Shown piece after piece: positions 24,637 to 33,575 of a stretch of DNA of 64,000 nt (the stretch's first letter is position 1; the number at the start of each line of letters is the position of its first letter). The stretch spans positions 480,001-544,000 of the forward strand of contig CAXXHB010000002.1 of assembly GCA_963664815.2 (NCBI GenBank), written 5' to 3'. Source of the DNA: Spirochaetota bacterium. Lineage in GTDB: Bacteria; Spirochaetota; UBA4802; UBA5550. The translations under genes were made by a program, and so were the position numbers. The notes under the pieces were generated by a model, which was not told where the DNA came from, ran no database searches, and saw only the letters and a program-made list of their open reading frames with translations.

Positions 24637-25572
24637 ATGTATAAAGAAACTACAAAAAAAACAGTTTTCGGTATTGCAGCGTTGCTATTTTCAACAATAT
24701 TAATAGCTGCAGATTTTGCACCAAATGAAGTATGGACTGAAATCGGTTATTATGGCGACAAGGGTACATACTTTGCTGACGTAACGGGTGATGGTAAGGC
24801 AGATGCCATTGTTGTTAATAGCGACAAAGTTGTGGTGCGCCGGTCAACTGGTTCAGCCTTTTCCGCAAATGAAGTATGGACAACCAATCCGTTTTTCGGA
24901 GATAAGGGTACATACTTTGCTGACGTAACGGGTGACGGTAAGGCAGATGCCATTGTTGTTAATGGCGACAAAGTTGTTGTTCGCCGGTCAACTGGTTCAG
25001 CTTTTTCCGCAAATGAAGTATGGACAACCAATCCGTATTTCGGAGATAAGGGTACATATTTTGCCGACGTAACAGGTGACGGTAAGGCAGATGCCATTGT
25101 TGTTAATGGCGACAAAGTTGTTGTTCGCCGGTCAACTGGTTCAGCTTTTTCCGCAAATGAAGTATGGACAACCAATCCGTATTTCGGAGATAAGGGTACA
25201 TATTTTGCCGACGTAACAGGTGACGGTAAGGCAGATGCCATTGTTGTTAATGGCGACAAGGTTGTGGTGCGCCGGTCAACTGGTTCAGCTTTTTCCGCAA
25301 ATGAAGTATGGACAACCAATCCATATTTCGGAGATAAGGGTACATATTTTGCCGACGTAACAGGTGACGGTAAGGCAGATGCCATTGTTGTTAATGGCGA
25401 CAAGGTTGTGGTGCGCCGGTCAACTGGTTCAGCTTTTTCCGCAAATGAAGTATGGACAACCAATCCATATTTCGGAGATAAGGGTACATATTTTGCCGAC
25501 GTTACCGGCGATAAAATGGCAGATGCCATTGTTGTCAACACCGGAAGTGTAGTGGTTCGCCGTTCTCGTTGA
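24637..25572 (+). CDS. Secreted FG-GAP/VCBS-like repeat protein (six-blade beta-propeller, lectin-like)
   Basis: SD AAGGAG, signal peptide, and six 48-aa repeats with a FADVTGDGKADAIVVN Ca-binding-type loop. Confidence 0.9.
   Translation: MYKETTKKTVFGIAALLFSTILIAADFAPNEVWTEIGYYGDKGTYFADVTGDGKADAIVVNSDKVVVRRSTGSAFSANEVWTTNPFFGDKGTYFADVTGDGKADAIVVNGDKVVVRRSTGSAFSANEVWTTNPYFGDKGTYFADVTGDGKADAIVVNGDKVVVRRSTGSAFSANEVWTTNPYFGDKGTYFADVTGDGKADAIVVNGDKVVVRRSTGSAFSANEVWTTNPYFGDKGTYFADVTGDGKADAIVVNGDKVVVRRSTGSAFSANEVWTTNPYFGDKGTYFADVTGDKMADAIVVNTGSVVVRRSR
24715..25569 (+). repeat. Intragenic tandem repeat, about 6 x 144 bp
   Basis: GC(T/C)GACGT recurs at 24775, 24919, 25063, 25207, 25351 and 25495. 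Internal copies are nearly identical at the DNA level. Confidence 0.95.
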
Positions 25573-25820
25573 AAATACAGGGGGCTGTTTCTGCCTGGAT
25601 CAGTCCCCTCAGATTTTTATATATGAACCCTCTCGTATTGATACACTCAAAGTCCCCTGTGATCATTGATTAAATCATGTCTTTGCCGAACGCGAAAGCC
25701 TATATCTGATATCAGATCCGATCTCTCATTTGTCATCGAAGTTTATTTTTTTAATGGCTTTCTGTATCATAACAAATAAATCTAATTCATACATTCTGGT
25801 TCCGGATTATATTCCATGAA

Positions 25821-26088
25821 AAAGCTTAATTAACTGATAGTGACAGATAACAGATTTGTCAAGAGGGAATTACTTTTTTGCTTCCGACACTTCGTTGCTC
25901 AGTGCAAGTGCTTCGACCCGGCCGGTGAGTGTAGTCGAACCACAGCACAAGTAAGGTCTGGTATGTCAGTCGAAGTTTTTCAGCACATCCTGTACTACTT
26001 CGACACTGCGACATCCTGTCGGGAGCCTGAATCATGGGGCGGGACAGGATACGTTGAATGTTTTAATGCGAGGAGTTTCCTATATCAA
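25821..26088. repeat. Direct repeat copy 2 (with a ~58-nt insertion relative to copy 1)
   Basis: AAAGCTTAATTAACTGATAGTGACAGATAACAGATTTGTCAAGAGGG...GGTCTGGTATGTC matches 19964-20113. Confidence 0.9.
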
Positions 26089-26131
26089 TAAGAAATAATT
26101 GAGTATAAATTATATTTATATTTTATTCCGC

Positions 26132-27367
26132 TTAATCAACTGTAAAAAAATCATCCCATCGACGGTCGAGAATACTTATGCCATTCTGAATAGATATTGC
26201 AGTGAATTTTCCATTTACTTCATTTACCAGATTAAGCCTTGCCAGTTTATTCAAAGCGTCATCGATTTCGAAATCAACAGAGCAGTTCCATTTAGTTTCA
26301 AGCCAGTTTTCAACCTTGAGGTCAATTTCCTTCTTTTGCAATGGTGCTTCTGAAGTGAGAAGAAAATAATAAGCAAGAATCGCCTCCTTACATTCCTCTT
26401 CTTCGGCATCATCAATAATGCGGTGAAATACTCCGGAGTTATTGTCCAGGTTTTTGAAGTAGAGGTTTTGAGTAAGAGCCTGCATAAACATTAATTTCCG
26501 GTTTTTGAATGTGCTGATCTGTTTCCAGATGTAACCTCCAAATGCAGCCAGACCGGCAAACAGGACTAATATAACCGTTTTGTTTATTTCAACACTCTGA
26601 TTACTAAATCCCAGCCAGAAACGGATAAGAGATGCAAGCAACACAAGAGAGACACCAACTTTTGTAGTGAGAACTATAAAGCCGCTGACAGCTGCTGGTA
26701 TGCCAATCATCAGTTTGTCAATTGTGCGCATGCGTATGTTGGTATTCGGGAAAAGCATTTCAAGATCTGATTTTGGCACGTTTTGAAATAATTTAAGTAG
26801 TGTGAATCCATATTTCAATGATGGATACTGGACTTTTGATTTCCTGCGTTCTTCTCTGAAACGGATATACATTACCATGCGATCATAATTAATAAATTTG
26901 ATAGTTTTAGGGAAAAGACCCAGAAATCTGGGAATTGTTTCATATTTGATAGATTCACCACGGGAAAAAAGCATAAGTTCATCGAATTCATTGAAATCAA
27001 CATGCAGACGGATTTTAAAAAGAGAGTATTCTTTCATAGCCTGGTCTATATCTTCTTTTGTTATACACTCATAATTGGCTTTTTCAAGAAGGTCTCTAAG
27101 GAGATCTATAAATTTCGCTCCGGACGTTACGGCTGCATTCTCATATCTGCGGGTATCTGAATCGGGATCAAAGGGAGCGTAGGAATCCTTTAAAGATTCA
27201 AGAGTCTGATGAAATTCAAAATGAAAAGTACTGTCGAGTATCCGGTATAACTTCCGGAAGATTTCCTCTTGTCCCGGAAGAAGATTATCCTGCAGACACA
27301 TTTCAACGATATCATGTTTGCGATAAGGAATAAACCGGAACTTCTTATCTGTTTCTTGTTTAATCAT
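26132..27367 (-). CDS. DUF3754/TMEM143-like membrane protein
   Basis: RFIPYRK, LKDSYAPFDPD, LKLFQNVPKSDLEMLFPN, LYFKNLDNNSGV and EEEECKEAILAYYFL motifs. Confidence 0.85.
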   Translation of the reverse strand: MIKQETDKKFRFIPYRKHDIVEMCLQDNLLPGQEEIFRKLYRILDSTFHFEFHQTLESLKDSYAPFDPDSDTRRYENAAVTSGAKFIDLLRDLLEKANYECITKEDIDQAMKEYSLFKIRLHVDFNEFDELMLFSRGESIKYETIPRFLGLFPKTIKFINYDRMVMYIRFREERRKSKVQYPSLKYGFTLLKLFQNVPKSDLEMLFPNTNIRMRTIDKLMIGIPAAVSGFIVLTTKVGVSLVLLASLIRFWLGFSNQSVEINKTVILVLFAGLAAFGGYIWKQISTFKNRKLMFMQALTQNLYFKNLDNNSGVFHRIIDDAEEEECKEAILAYYFLLTSEAPLQKKEIDLKVENWLETKWNCSVDFEIDDALNKLARLNLVNEVNGKFTAISIQNGISILDRRWDDFFTVD

Positions 27368-27391
27368 TGGTATAAATCCGTGGTGGTTAAG

Positions 27392-28864
27392 TTATTTTCC
27401 GCATTTTTTGTGTATATTGTTCTGATTTATATAATTATCGATCTTTTTTCTCCGTTCTTCAAGGTTCCTGTCAGGATTCATTTTTTCAGATATGTCTTTT
27501 TCCTTTAGCAGGATATTAAGCGCATCACAGTATTTCTCTTTTTCCAGATAACCGCTTCCGATATTGTTTAAAAGATCAAGATAAAGTTTTGTATATGTCT
27601 GACCTCTTTTCTCCAGCGACTCTGCACCTTTCAGATAAAAAGGAAGTGATTTGTCTGCATTTGCCATCAGGCTCATTCCGTCGTATTCTTCGCCGATCCG
27701 GTTTAGAACTTTCGCATAATTCCATCCTGTATATCCGATATCTTCGAGTATTTTTTTTGCATGGAGAAGGTTTTCCAGTTTTTCCTCAGAGCCGTCAGCC
27801 GCAGTATTGAAAAGGACAAGAGCGTAACCTATGCTATTCTCCCTGCCGAGTTTTTCGAAGAGCGTTTTTGATTTTTTAAAAAATAAATTCTGTTTTGTCC
27901 GGTCCTTCATGTCGCCATATATTACACCAATCTGGTTGAGGAGTACCGCATATTCTGTACTTTCTGTTCTGTTTAAGTTTTCAAAAACAGCAAGTGATTT
28001 TAAGCTTAACTCAAGTGCTTCATACTTTTTATTTAAATATCTGAGTATTTTTGCGGTATTTTGAAGTATTTCGGCATATCGTACACTGGTTGTTTCACCT
28101 GTTTTTTCCAGCATAACGCGTGCGCGTGAAAAATATGCCAGGGAATCATCAAATTTTTCCATGTCAGAATATACCTGACCGGCAGCGGCAGCGGCAGCGA
28201 AATAGTCCGGATTAAGCTCAATCGCTTTCAGGAAAAGTTCAAGCGCTTCGCGTGGATTAGTTCTTTCGGCTGCAAGTCCCATTGCGTATAACCTGTATTC
28301 ATCCATGCTGCTGTGTTTTTGTTTTGAAATATCCTCCCGAAATATACCGTAATCACTAAATGACCCGTTTGATCTCTTTTCAAACTCCGCCAACAGTTTA
28401 TATGCAATAGTCTCCTGTAATTCAAAAATTGAGTCAATGCTTCCATTCATGTCAACGGCTGCTGCAGTTAAACCGCTCTCAACCCTGACAATTCTTGCTG
28501 ATACATGTAGTAATTTGCCGGAAATGCTGCATGATCCGGTTACCAGATAATCGGCGGCTACCATCTTTCCGGCTGTAACTGTTTTTTTTTCGTCAATCAA
28601 TCCGGTCATAGCGAGTTCCATTTCTTCTATCACTTTTATCCGGTCATCACGTGAAACAATCATGAAACGGGGTACCTTGCAGAGATCAGCGGTAATTGCA
28701 TCAGAAAGGCCTGCGGCGGTCCATGCGTATTGGGAATCACCGGTGAATATCAGGGGATATACAAGTATAACTTTCTGCGGTTCAAACGCAGTAAAAGCAG
28801 TTTCTGTAATTATTACTAAAATAATTGAAAATATTAAAACTCTTGCGCTTGATACAATATTCAT
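27392..28864 (-). CDS. Secreted CsgG/FlgO(TolB-N)-like domain plus TPR-repeat protein
   Basis: Signal peptide, AGLSDAITADL...ADYLVTGS...ARIVRVESG, then multiple TPR helices. Confidence 0.8.
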   Translation of the reverse strand: MNIVSSARVLIFSIILVIITETAFTAFEPQKVILVYPLIFTGDSQYAWTAAGLSDAITADLCKVPRFMIVSRDDRIKVIEEMELAMTGLIDEKKTVTAGKMVAADYLVTGSCSISGKLLHVSARIVRVESGLTAAAVDMNGSIDSIFELQETIAYKLLAEFEKRSNGSFSDYGIFREDISKQKHSSMDEYRLYAMGLAAERTNPREALELFLKAIELNPDYFAAAAAAGQVYSDMEKFDDSLAYFSRARVMLEKTGETTSVRYAEILQNTAKILRYLNKKYEALELSLKSLAVFENLNRTESTEYAVLLNQIGVIYGDMKDRTKQNLFFKKSKTLFEKLGRENSIGYALVLFNTAADGSEEKLENLLHAKKILEDIGYTGWNYAKVLNRIGEEYDGMSLMANADKSLPFYLKGAESLEKRGQTYTKLYLDLLNNIGSGYLEKEKYCDALNILLKEKDISEKMNPDRNLEERRKKIDNYINQNNIHKKCGK

Positions 28865-29036
28865 ATAACAATCCTCTTATTTATGTATTGGAAAATATGA
28901 TTTTTACAAATAATCAAGCATTTTTAATTTTGTTTGAACAGAAAACTGAAAGAAACAAATTCTGCTTGCGTTAATATATCATATAATAAAGATAAATGTC
29001 TTGGAAAAATAAATTGTTATTTATCAAGGAACATCT

Positions 29037-29663
29037 ATGACGTTACATGCGTTCATTGCATACTTTACTATTCTCATTATTGCTACGATAACTCCTGGGC
29101 CAAGTATGATTCTTGCATTGAACCACGGAGTGAATTATGGTTTAAAAAAAACATTATATAGTTGCGCGGGTAATGTTGCAGGGAACATTCTAATGGCTTT
29201 AATTTCTGTTACCGGACTTGGTGTGATTCTTGCAGTATCAGGGTTGATGTTCAACGTTATAAGATGGGCAGGTGCTATATACCTTGTTTACCTTGGTTAC
29301 AGGCTTATTACTGCACCTGTTGATGAAAAAATAGACGTAATGAATGAACATGACAATAAACATACGGGTAAACTTTTTATTGATGGATTCATCATAGCAA
29401 TAGGAAACCCTAAAGGTATTGTTTTTTTTACGGCGCTTTTCCCGCAGTTTATCATTACTGGAGGATCGTCAATGAATAGCTATATTATAATTTTTAGCGC
29501 ATTGGGTGGAGTTGCATTTGCATGTTACATGCTTTATGCCGCAGCTGGATCAAAATTGAAAGTTTTGTCAGGTATACGGAAATTCATGAAAAGATTTAAT
29601 TGCGTAAGCGGCATACTGATGATAGGATCCGGGCTTACTCTTGTTTTTACTGAGAAGGGGTAA
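29037..29663 (+). CDS. LysE/RhtB-family amino-acid exporter
   Basis: TPGPSMI, WAGAIYLVYLG and GNPKGIVFF motifs. Confidence 0.93.
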   Translation: MTLHAFIAYFTILIIATITPGPSMILALNHGVNYGLKKTLYSCAGNVAGNILMALISVTGLGVILAVSGLMFNVIRWAGAIYLVYLGYRLITAPVDEKIDVMNEHDNKHTGKLFIDGFIIAIGNPKGIVFFTALFPQFIITGGSSMNSYIIIFSALGGVAFACYMLYAAAGSKLKVLSGIRKFMKRFNCVSGILMIGSGLTLVFTEKG

Positions 29664-29761
29664 TACTCAGAAAAAATATGGTCATAACTATGTTAAGAAT
29701 GCAGAGGTCAGTATACATTCTTACCGGAATATCAAAAAAGATATGTTTTAATCAATTTTAA

Positions 29762-31852
29762 TCAGGGAGTGTCGTCCTCCGCTGCTCCATGTTTGTTGTC
29801 AGTTGTAGTTGACAGATCATCTTTCTTTGTGATTATTCTTGTAAGATAGGCTGAAAGCAACCCGGCGATGTTATCTCCCCCCTGAACAAGAAAATCGGGG
29901 GTTACTTTAACATTACCTGCTGCAATCTGCTTGGCAACCTCAATTGCAGTAACACCCTCGCGTCCTACGGCTTTGTTCTGCAGCTCATAGGCTTTTGCAG
30001 TTGATTCACCAATTGCAAGAATTTTTTGTCCTTCTGCCTCTCCAGTCATTGTAATTCCCTGTGCCTCGCCCTGTGCCCGCAGCCTTATACTCTCAGATTC
30101 ACCTTCGGCAAACCTTATTGCTTTCTGTTTGTTCTGTTCTGCAATCTTTACTCCTATCTCTGCTTCAACGAGATTTTTCTGCTGGTCCGCTTCGGCACGA
30201 GTTTTTTCCATGGCTATCCTGGTCTGTTCAGCCTTTTGCTGATCCTGATACATCGCCTGCTGCTGCTGAGCTATTATCTTCATGGTTTGTGTATCCATAA
30301 GATCCTGAGGGAGATTGATCTGACAGATCAGTACTGATACGCACTCAACGTGATACTTTTCGAGTTCAGCTCTTGCCCTGTCTTCAGCTTTACGCTGTTC
30401 TTCCTGCCTGTCCTGCATAAAGTTCATCGCAGATGTAGATGATGCCTGGTTTCTGAAACTTGAATCTATCATGGGGTGTATAACATGAAGTATCAGGTTT
30501 TCAATAGAACCTATTTTAGCAACCATATATGGCGCCTGATCCGGTCTGATTCTTATTACAACCTTGACAGCAACACTTATCTCAAATCCGTCTCTTGATA
30601 TTACTTTTAACGGGTCAAATCTGGTCTCTTTAGTGTTGTCCCAATCTATTGTAATATTTGTGGTATCCACAATATAAACAATAAATGCTCTCCGGTTAAG
30701 GTAATAAAATCCAGGTCCCGCAACTTCCTGCTGTATACCCCTGTAACCTTTAGGAACAACATAGCGTTCTATTCCGGTATCAAAACGACTCTCAATATCT
30801 TTATAGATTTCTGAACCAGGTGAAGCCTGTTCCTTTGCAGCCGTATCAGTTACAAGCTTCCTGATCTGTACCGGTTCTTCTCCAACATTGGAGACAACTA
30901 CTGCCACCTGTCCGCGCTGTACAATGGCCACATCATCAAGCTCAACCTTAAATATCATCGGGTTTATATAATATGTTCCTGGTTTTAAAACATCAAACTG
31001 CGGGCCTCTCTGACCACCGGATTTAAGAAATGCTGATGCGTTTTGATAATCGTTATGTCCTGATATTGATTTAGCCACGTATTCACCTTCGGGTAGTGGT
31101 TCGCCATCAAGAGCAGTTACAAGCCCAATCTTGTTTGCAGGTATTACTGTGGCTTCTGCGTATTCTACATGAAACAGGTCTGTATTAATTCTGTAGGTAC
31201 CGGGGAGTAGTATCTCTATCTGAGGTCCCTTTTGTCCTCTGTTATTTAAAAATGCCTGACCGTTTTCAAAATTGCTATGTCCATCTGTTTTTCCGGCAAG
31301 AAGTCTTCCTGATGGTATAGGTTCTCCATCCATTGCCGTTATGAGACAAATCCTGCCTTTGTCTACGATTATTGACTGGAGCTTTCTCACTCTGAAGAGT
31401 ACTGGATTTATTCTATAAGTACCCGGAGGAAGGATTTCTATCTGGGGTCCCTTTTGCCCGCTGTTTATCAGAAAAACTTCACCATCCTGAAATGAATTAT
31501 GTCCATCTACAACTTTTGCGAAAATTTTTCCAGGAGGTATCGGGTCTCCGTCAATTGATTCAACAAGGCCTATTTCCTCTTCGGCAATTGTTGTAAATGA
31601 AAGTTTACGTGTTGTGTAAAGGAAGGGTATTAAGAAATGAAGGCCGGGTCCCATTGTCCTGGCCTGGATTCCAACTTCATTGTTTTGTGCTATAACTCTT
31701 CCCTGCGGCATTTTTTTGCCGAAGTATCTTCTTTCAATGACAGCTATCTGTGTTCCGCCAACTATTATTACTGATTTCAGAATTACTACAAACAGGATTG
31801 AAGTGATGATAAGCGGATAAAAAGTTGTGAGGATGAAAATCATTGCAGACAT
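29762..31852 (-). CDS. SPFH/flotillin-family membrane protein with repeated N-terminal domains
   Basis: N-terminal TM; repeats ending G(Q/R)(K/R)GPQ..L.PGTY.IN; SPFH domain (SRDGFEISV) and an AEGE/AQGE coiled coil. Confidence 0.9.
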   Translation of the reverse strand: MSAMIFILTTFYPLIITSILFVVILKSVIIVGGTQIAVIERRYFGKKMPQGRVIAQNNEVGIQARTMGPGLHFLIPFLYTTRKLSFTTIAEEEIGLVESIDGDPIPPGKIFAKVVDGHNSFQDGEVFLINSGQKGPQIEILPPGTYRINPVLFRVRKLQSIIVDKGRICLITAMDGEPIPSGRLLAGKTDGHSNFENGQAFLNNRGQKGPQIEILLPGTYRINTDLFHVEYAEATVIPANKIGLVTALDGEPLPEGEYVAKSISGHNDYQNASAFLKSGGQRGPQFDVLKPGTYYINPMIFKVELDDVAIVQRGQVAVVVSNVGEEPVQIRKLVTDTAAKEQASPGSEIYKDIESRFDTGIERYVVPKGYRGIQQEVAGPGFYYLNRRAFIVYIVDTTNITIDWDNTKETRFDPLKVISRDGFEISVAVKVVIRIRPDQAPYMVAKIGSIENLILHVIHPMIDSSFRNQASSTSAMNFMQDRQEEQRKAEDRARAELEKYHVECVSVLICQINLPQDLMDTQTMKIIAQQQQAMYQDQQKAEQTRIAMEKTRAEADQQKNLVEAEIGVKIAEQNKQKAIRFAEGESESIRLRAQGEAQGITMTGEAEGQKILAIGESTAKAYELQNKAVGREGVTAIEVAKQIAAGNVKVTPDFLVQGGDNIAGLLSAYLTRIITKKDDLSTTTDNKHGAAEDDTP

Positions 31853-32080
31853 TTATTCCTCCATAGTGAATATGATATAGGATTAAGTATTGCCTGTATT
31901 GTACAAAGATAACCGGTTTGTAAATCAGTCAAAGCTTAAGCAGAAAAAGTAATATTTAAAAACTGTATAATAGAAACATTGTTATCTTCAGTCAAGTTTT
32001 TTATAATAGTAAATCACAGCCAAAGTAAAGAAAATCAGCTGTTTAAAACAGGAGATCAATGGATTTATTTAATTAAAAAC

Positions 32081-33421
32081 TCATATCTTGTTAGATCTTA
32101 CCCACAATTTCATCTCCTGGGCTTTCTGTATAAGTTCCTCCCGGAAATCGGGATGTGCTATTTTTATTAATGCTTCAGCTCGTTCCCATGTTGATAATCC
32201 CTTCAAAAAAGCAATTCCATATTCCGTAATAACATAATGTACAATGGATCTTGGTGTAGTTACAACTGTACCGGGTTGAAGAGCCGCGACTATTCTTGAT
32301 TTGAGATTTCCCTCTTTATCCTTATAAGTAGAATCAAGTGCAATGATACCCTTTCCTCCACTTGAATTGAAAGCTCCAAGAATAAAATCGAGCTGACCTC
32401 CTGTTCCGGATATCTGCCTGCTTCCAACCGATTCAGATGCAACCTGACTCAGAAGATCCACTTCAATGGCATTATTTATTGCGATTACTTTCGGATTAAG
32501 ACATATAATACGGGGATCATTTACATAGTTCACAGGATAAGAAGCGCAGGTTGGATTTCTGTCAAGGAAATCGTATAATTTTTTTGTGCCGAGTGCGAAG
32601 GTGTATGTCATCTTGAAATGATCTATCGATTTATTTCTTCCGGTAAATTTTCGGGCATTGTAAAGATCAACACATGAATCTGTAATCATTTCTGAATGAA
32701 ATCCGAGGTCCTTAAGGTCGCTGTCCGCAATCATTTTTCCGATTATATTAGGAAGACCACCTATTCCAAACTGCAGGGTGGAACCATCTTCAATTTCATC
32801 CAGTATAATTCGTGCGATTTTTTTTTCAATTTCATTTTCAGAAATCGGGGGGAGTTCAAGGAGAGGTTTATTTCTACCTTCAATTATGTAATCAATATTT
32901 GATATATGCACGGATTCAAAATTGCCACCGAGGCAATAAGGTACGTTTTCATTTATTTCGATTATTATCTTTTTAGCTTTACTCATGTATGAACCACATA
33001 CAGAATTAGATATACCGAAATTAAAGTAACCGTTTTTATCCATAGGAGTCGTGGTTATAACTGCCACATCAGTATGCTGATATTTTCTAACAATTCTTGG
33101 TCCCTGGTGGTAGGTTATCGGATTGTAGCTGCACAAACCAAGGTTGAAAAGTTTTCTTGAATGCGCTCCGAAATGCCAGTCCTGCATTTTAATATGTTTC
33201 CTCTCCGGATCTTTCATTACCATTTTGGGAATATCTGTAAAGCATACACTTCTGAGATATAAATCTTTTAAGTCTTCTATCCGTACAGCGAGAGCCTCAT
33301 CAAATACTTCCGGGAAAAGTGTAAACTCGCTGTAATAAATATAATCTCCTGATTTTACAATACCAGCTGCTGTTTTAGCATCAACGAGTTTGGATTTGTA
33401 TTCGTTCATTAACGTATTCAT
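32081..33421 (-). CDS. Acetyl-CoA hydrolase/transferase family; butyryl-CoA:acetate CoA-transferase-like
   Basis: EYKSKLV..A...VKSGD, QFGIGGLPN, DLGFHSEM, QISGTGGQLDF and IAHPDFREELI...W.RSNK. Confidence 0.9.
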   Translation of the reverse strand: MNTLMNEYKSKLVDAKTAAGIVKSGDYIYYSEFTLFPEVFDEALAVRIEDLKDLYLRSVCFTDIPKMVMKDPERKHIKMQDWHFGAHSRKLFNLGLCSYNPITYHQGPRIVRKYQHTDVAVITTTPMDKNGYFNFGISNSVCGSYMSKAKKIIIEINENVPYCLGGNFESVHISNIDYIIEGRNKPLLELPPISENEIEKKIARIILDEIEDGSTLQFGIGGLPNIIGKMIADSDLKDLGFHSEMITDSCVDLYNARKFTGRNKSIDHFKMTYTFALGTKKLYDFLDRNPTCASYPVNYVNDPRIICLNPKVIAINNAIEVDLLSQVASESVGSRQISGTGGQLDFILGAFNSSGGKGIIALDSTYKDKEGNLKSRIVAALQPGTVVTTPRSIVHYVITEYGIAFLKGLSTWERAEALIKIAHPDFREELIQKAQEMKLWVRSNKI

Positions 33422-33575
33422 AATTTTTCTCCCGTATTTTATTCAATAAATATAATTCTTAATTTGCTTAAAGGCAAGGTGTATTGAAAAAATATCTGAT
33501 CTGGCAATATCAGATTTTATTTGATAAAATAGACTTCAAAATGGTTAAAAAAGCCGGTAGAAATTGTAATAATAT

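Noticed and set aside
24750-25541. 263-aa antisense ORF over the repeat protein
   Set aside because: A stop-free antisense frame in one 144-bp unit is simply multiplied by the tandem repeat; the sense gene has the SD and signal peptide.
24715-25569. 144-bp repeats as a CRISPR array or DGR template/variable pair
   Set aside because: The units are contiguous, in-frame and lack unique spacers. Differences are mostly synonymous, not adenine-specific, and no cas or reverse transcriptase gene is present.
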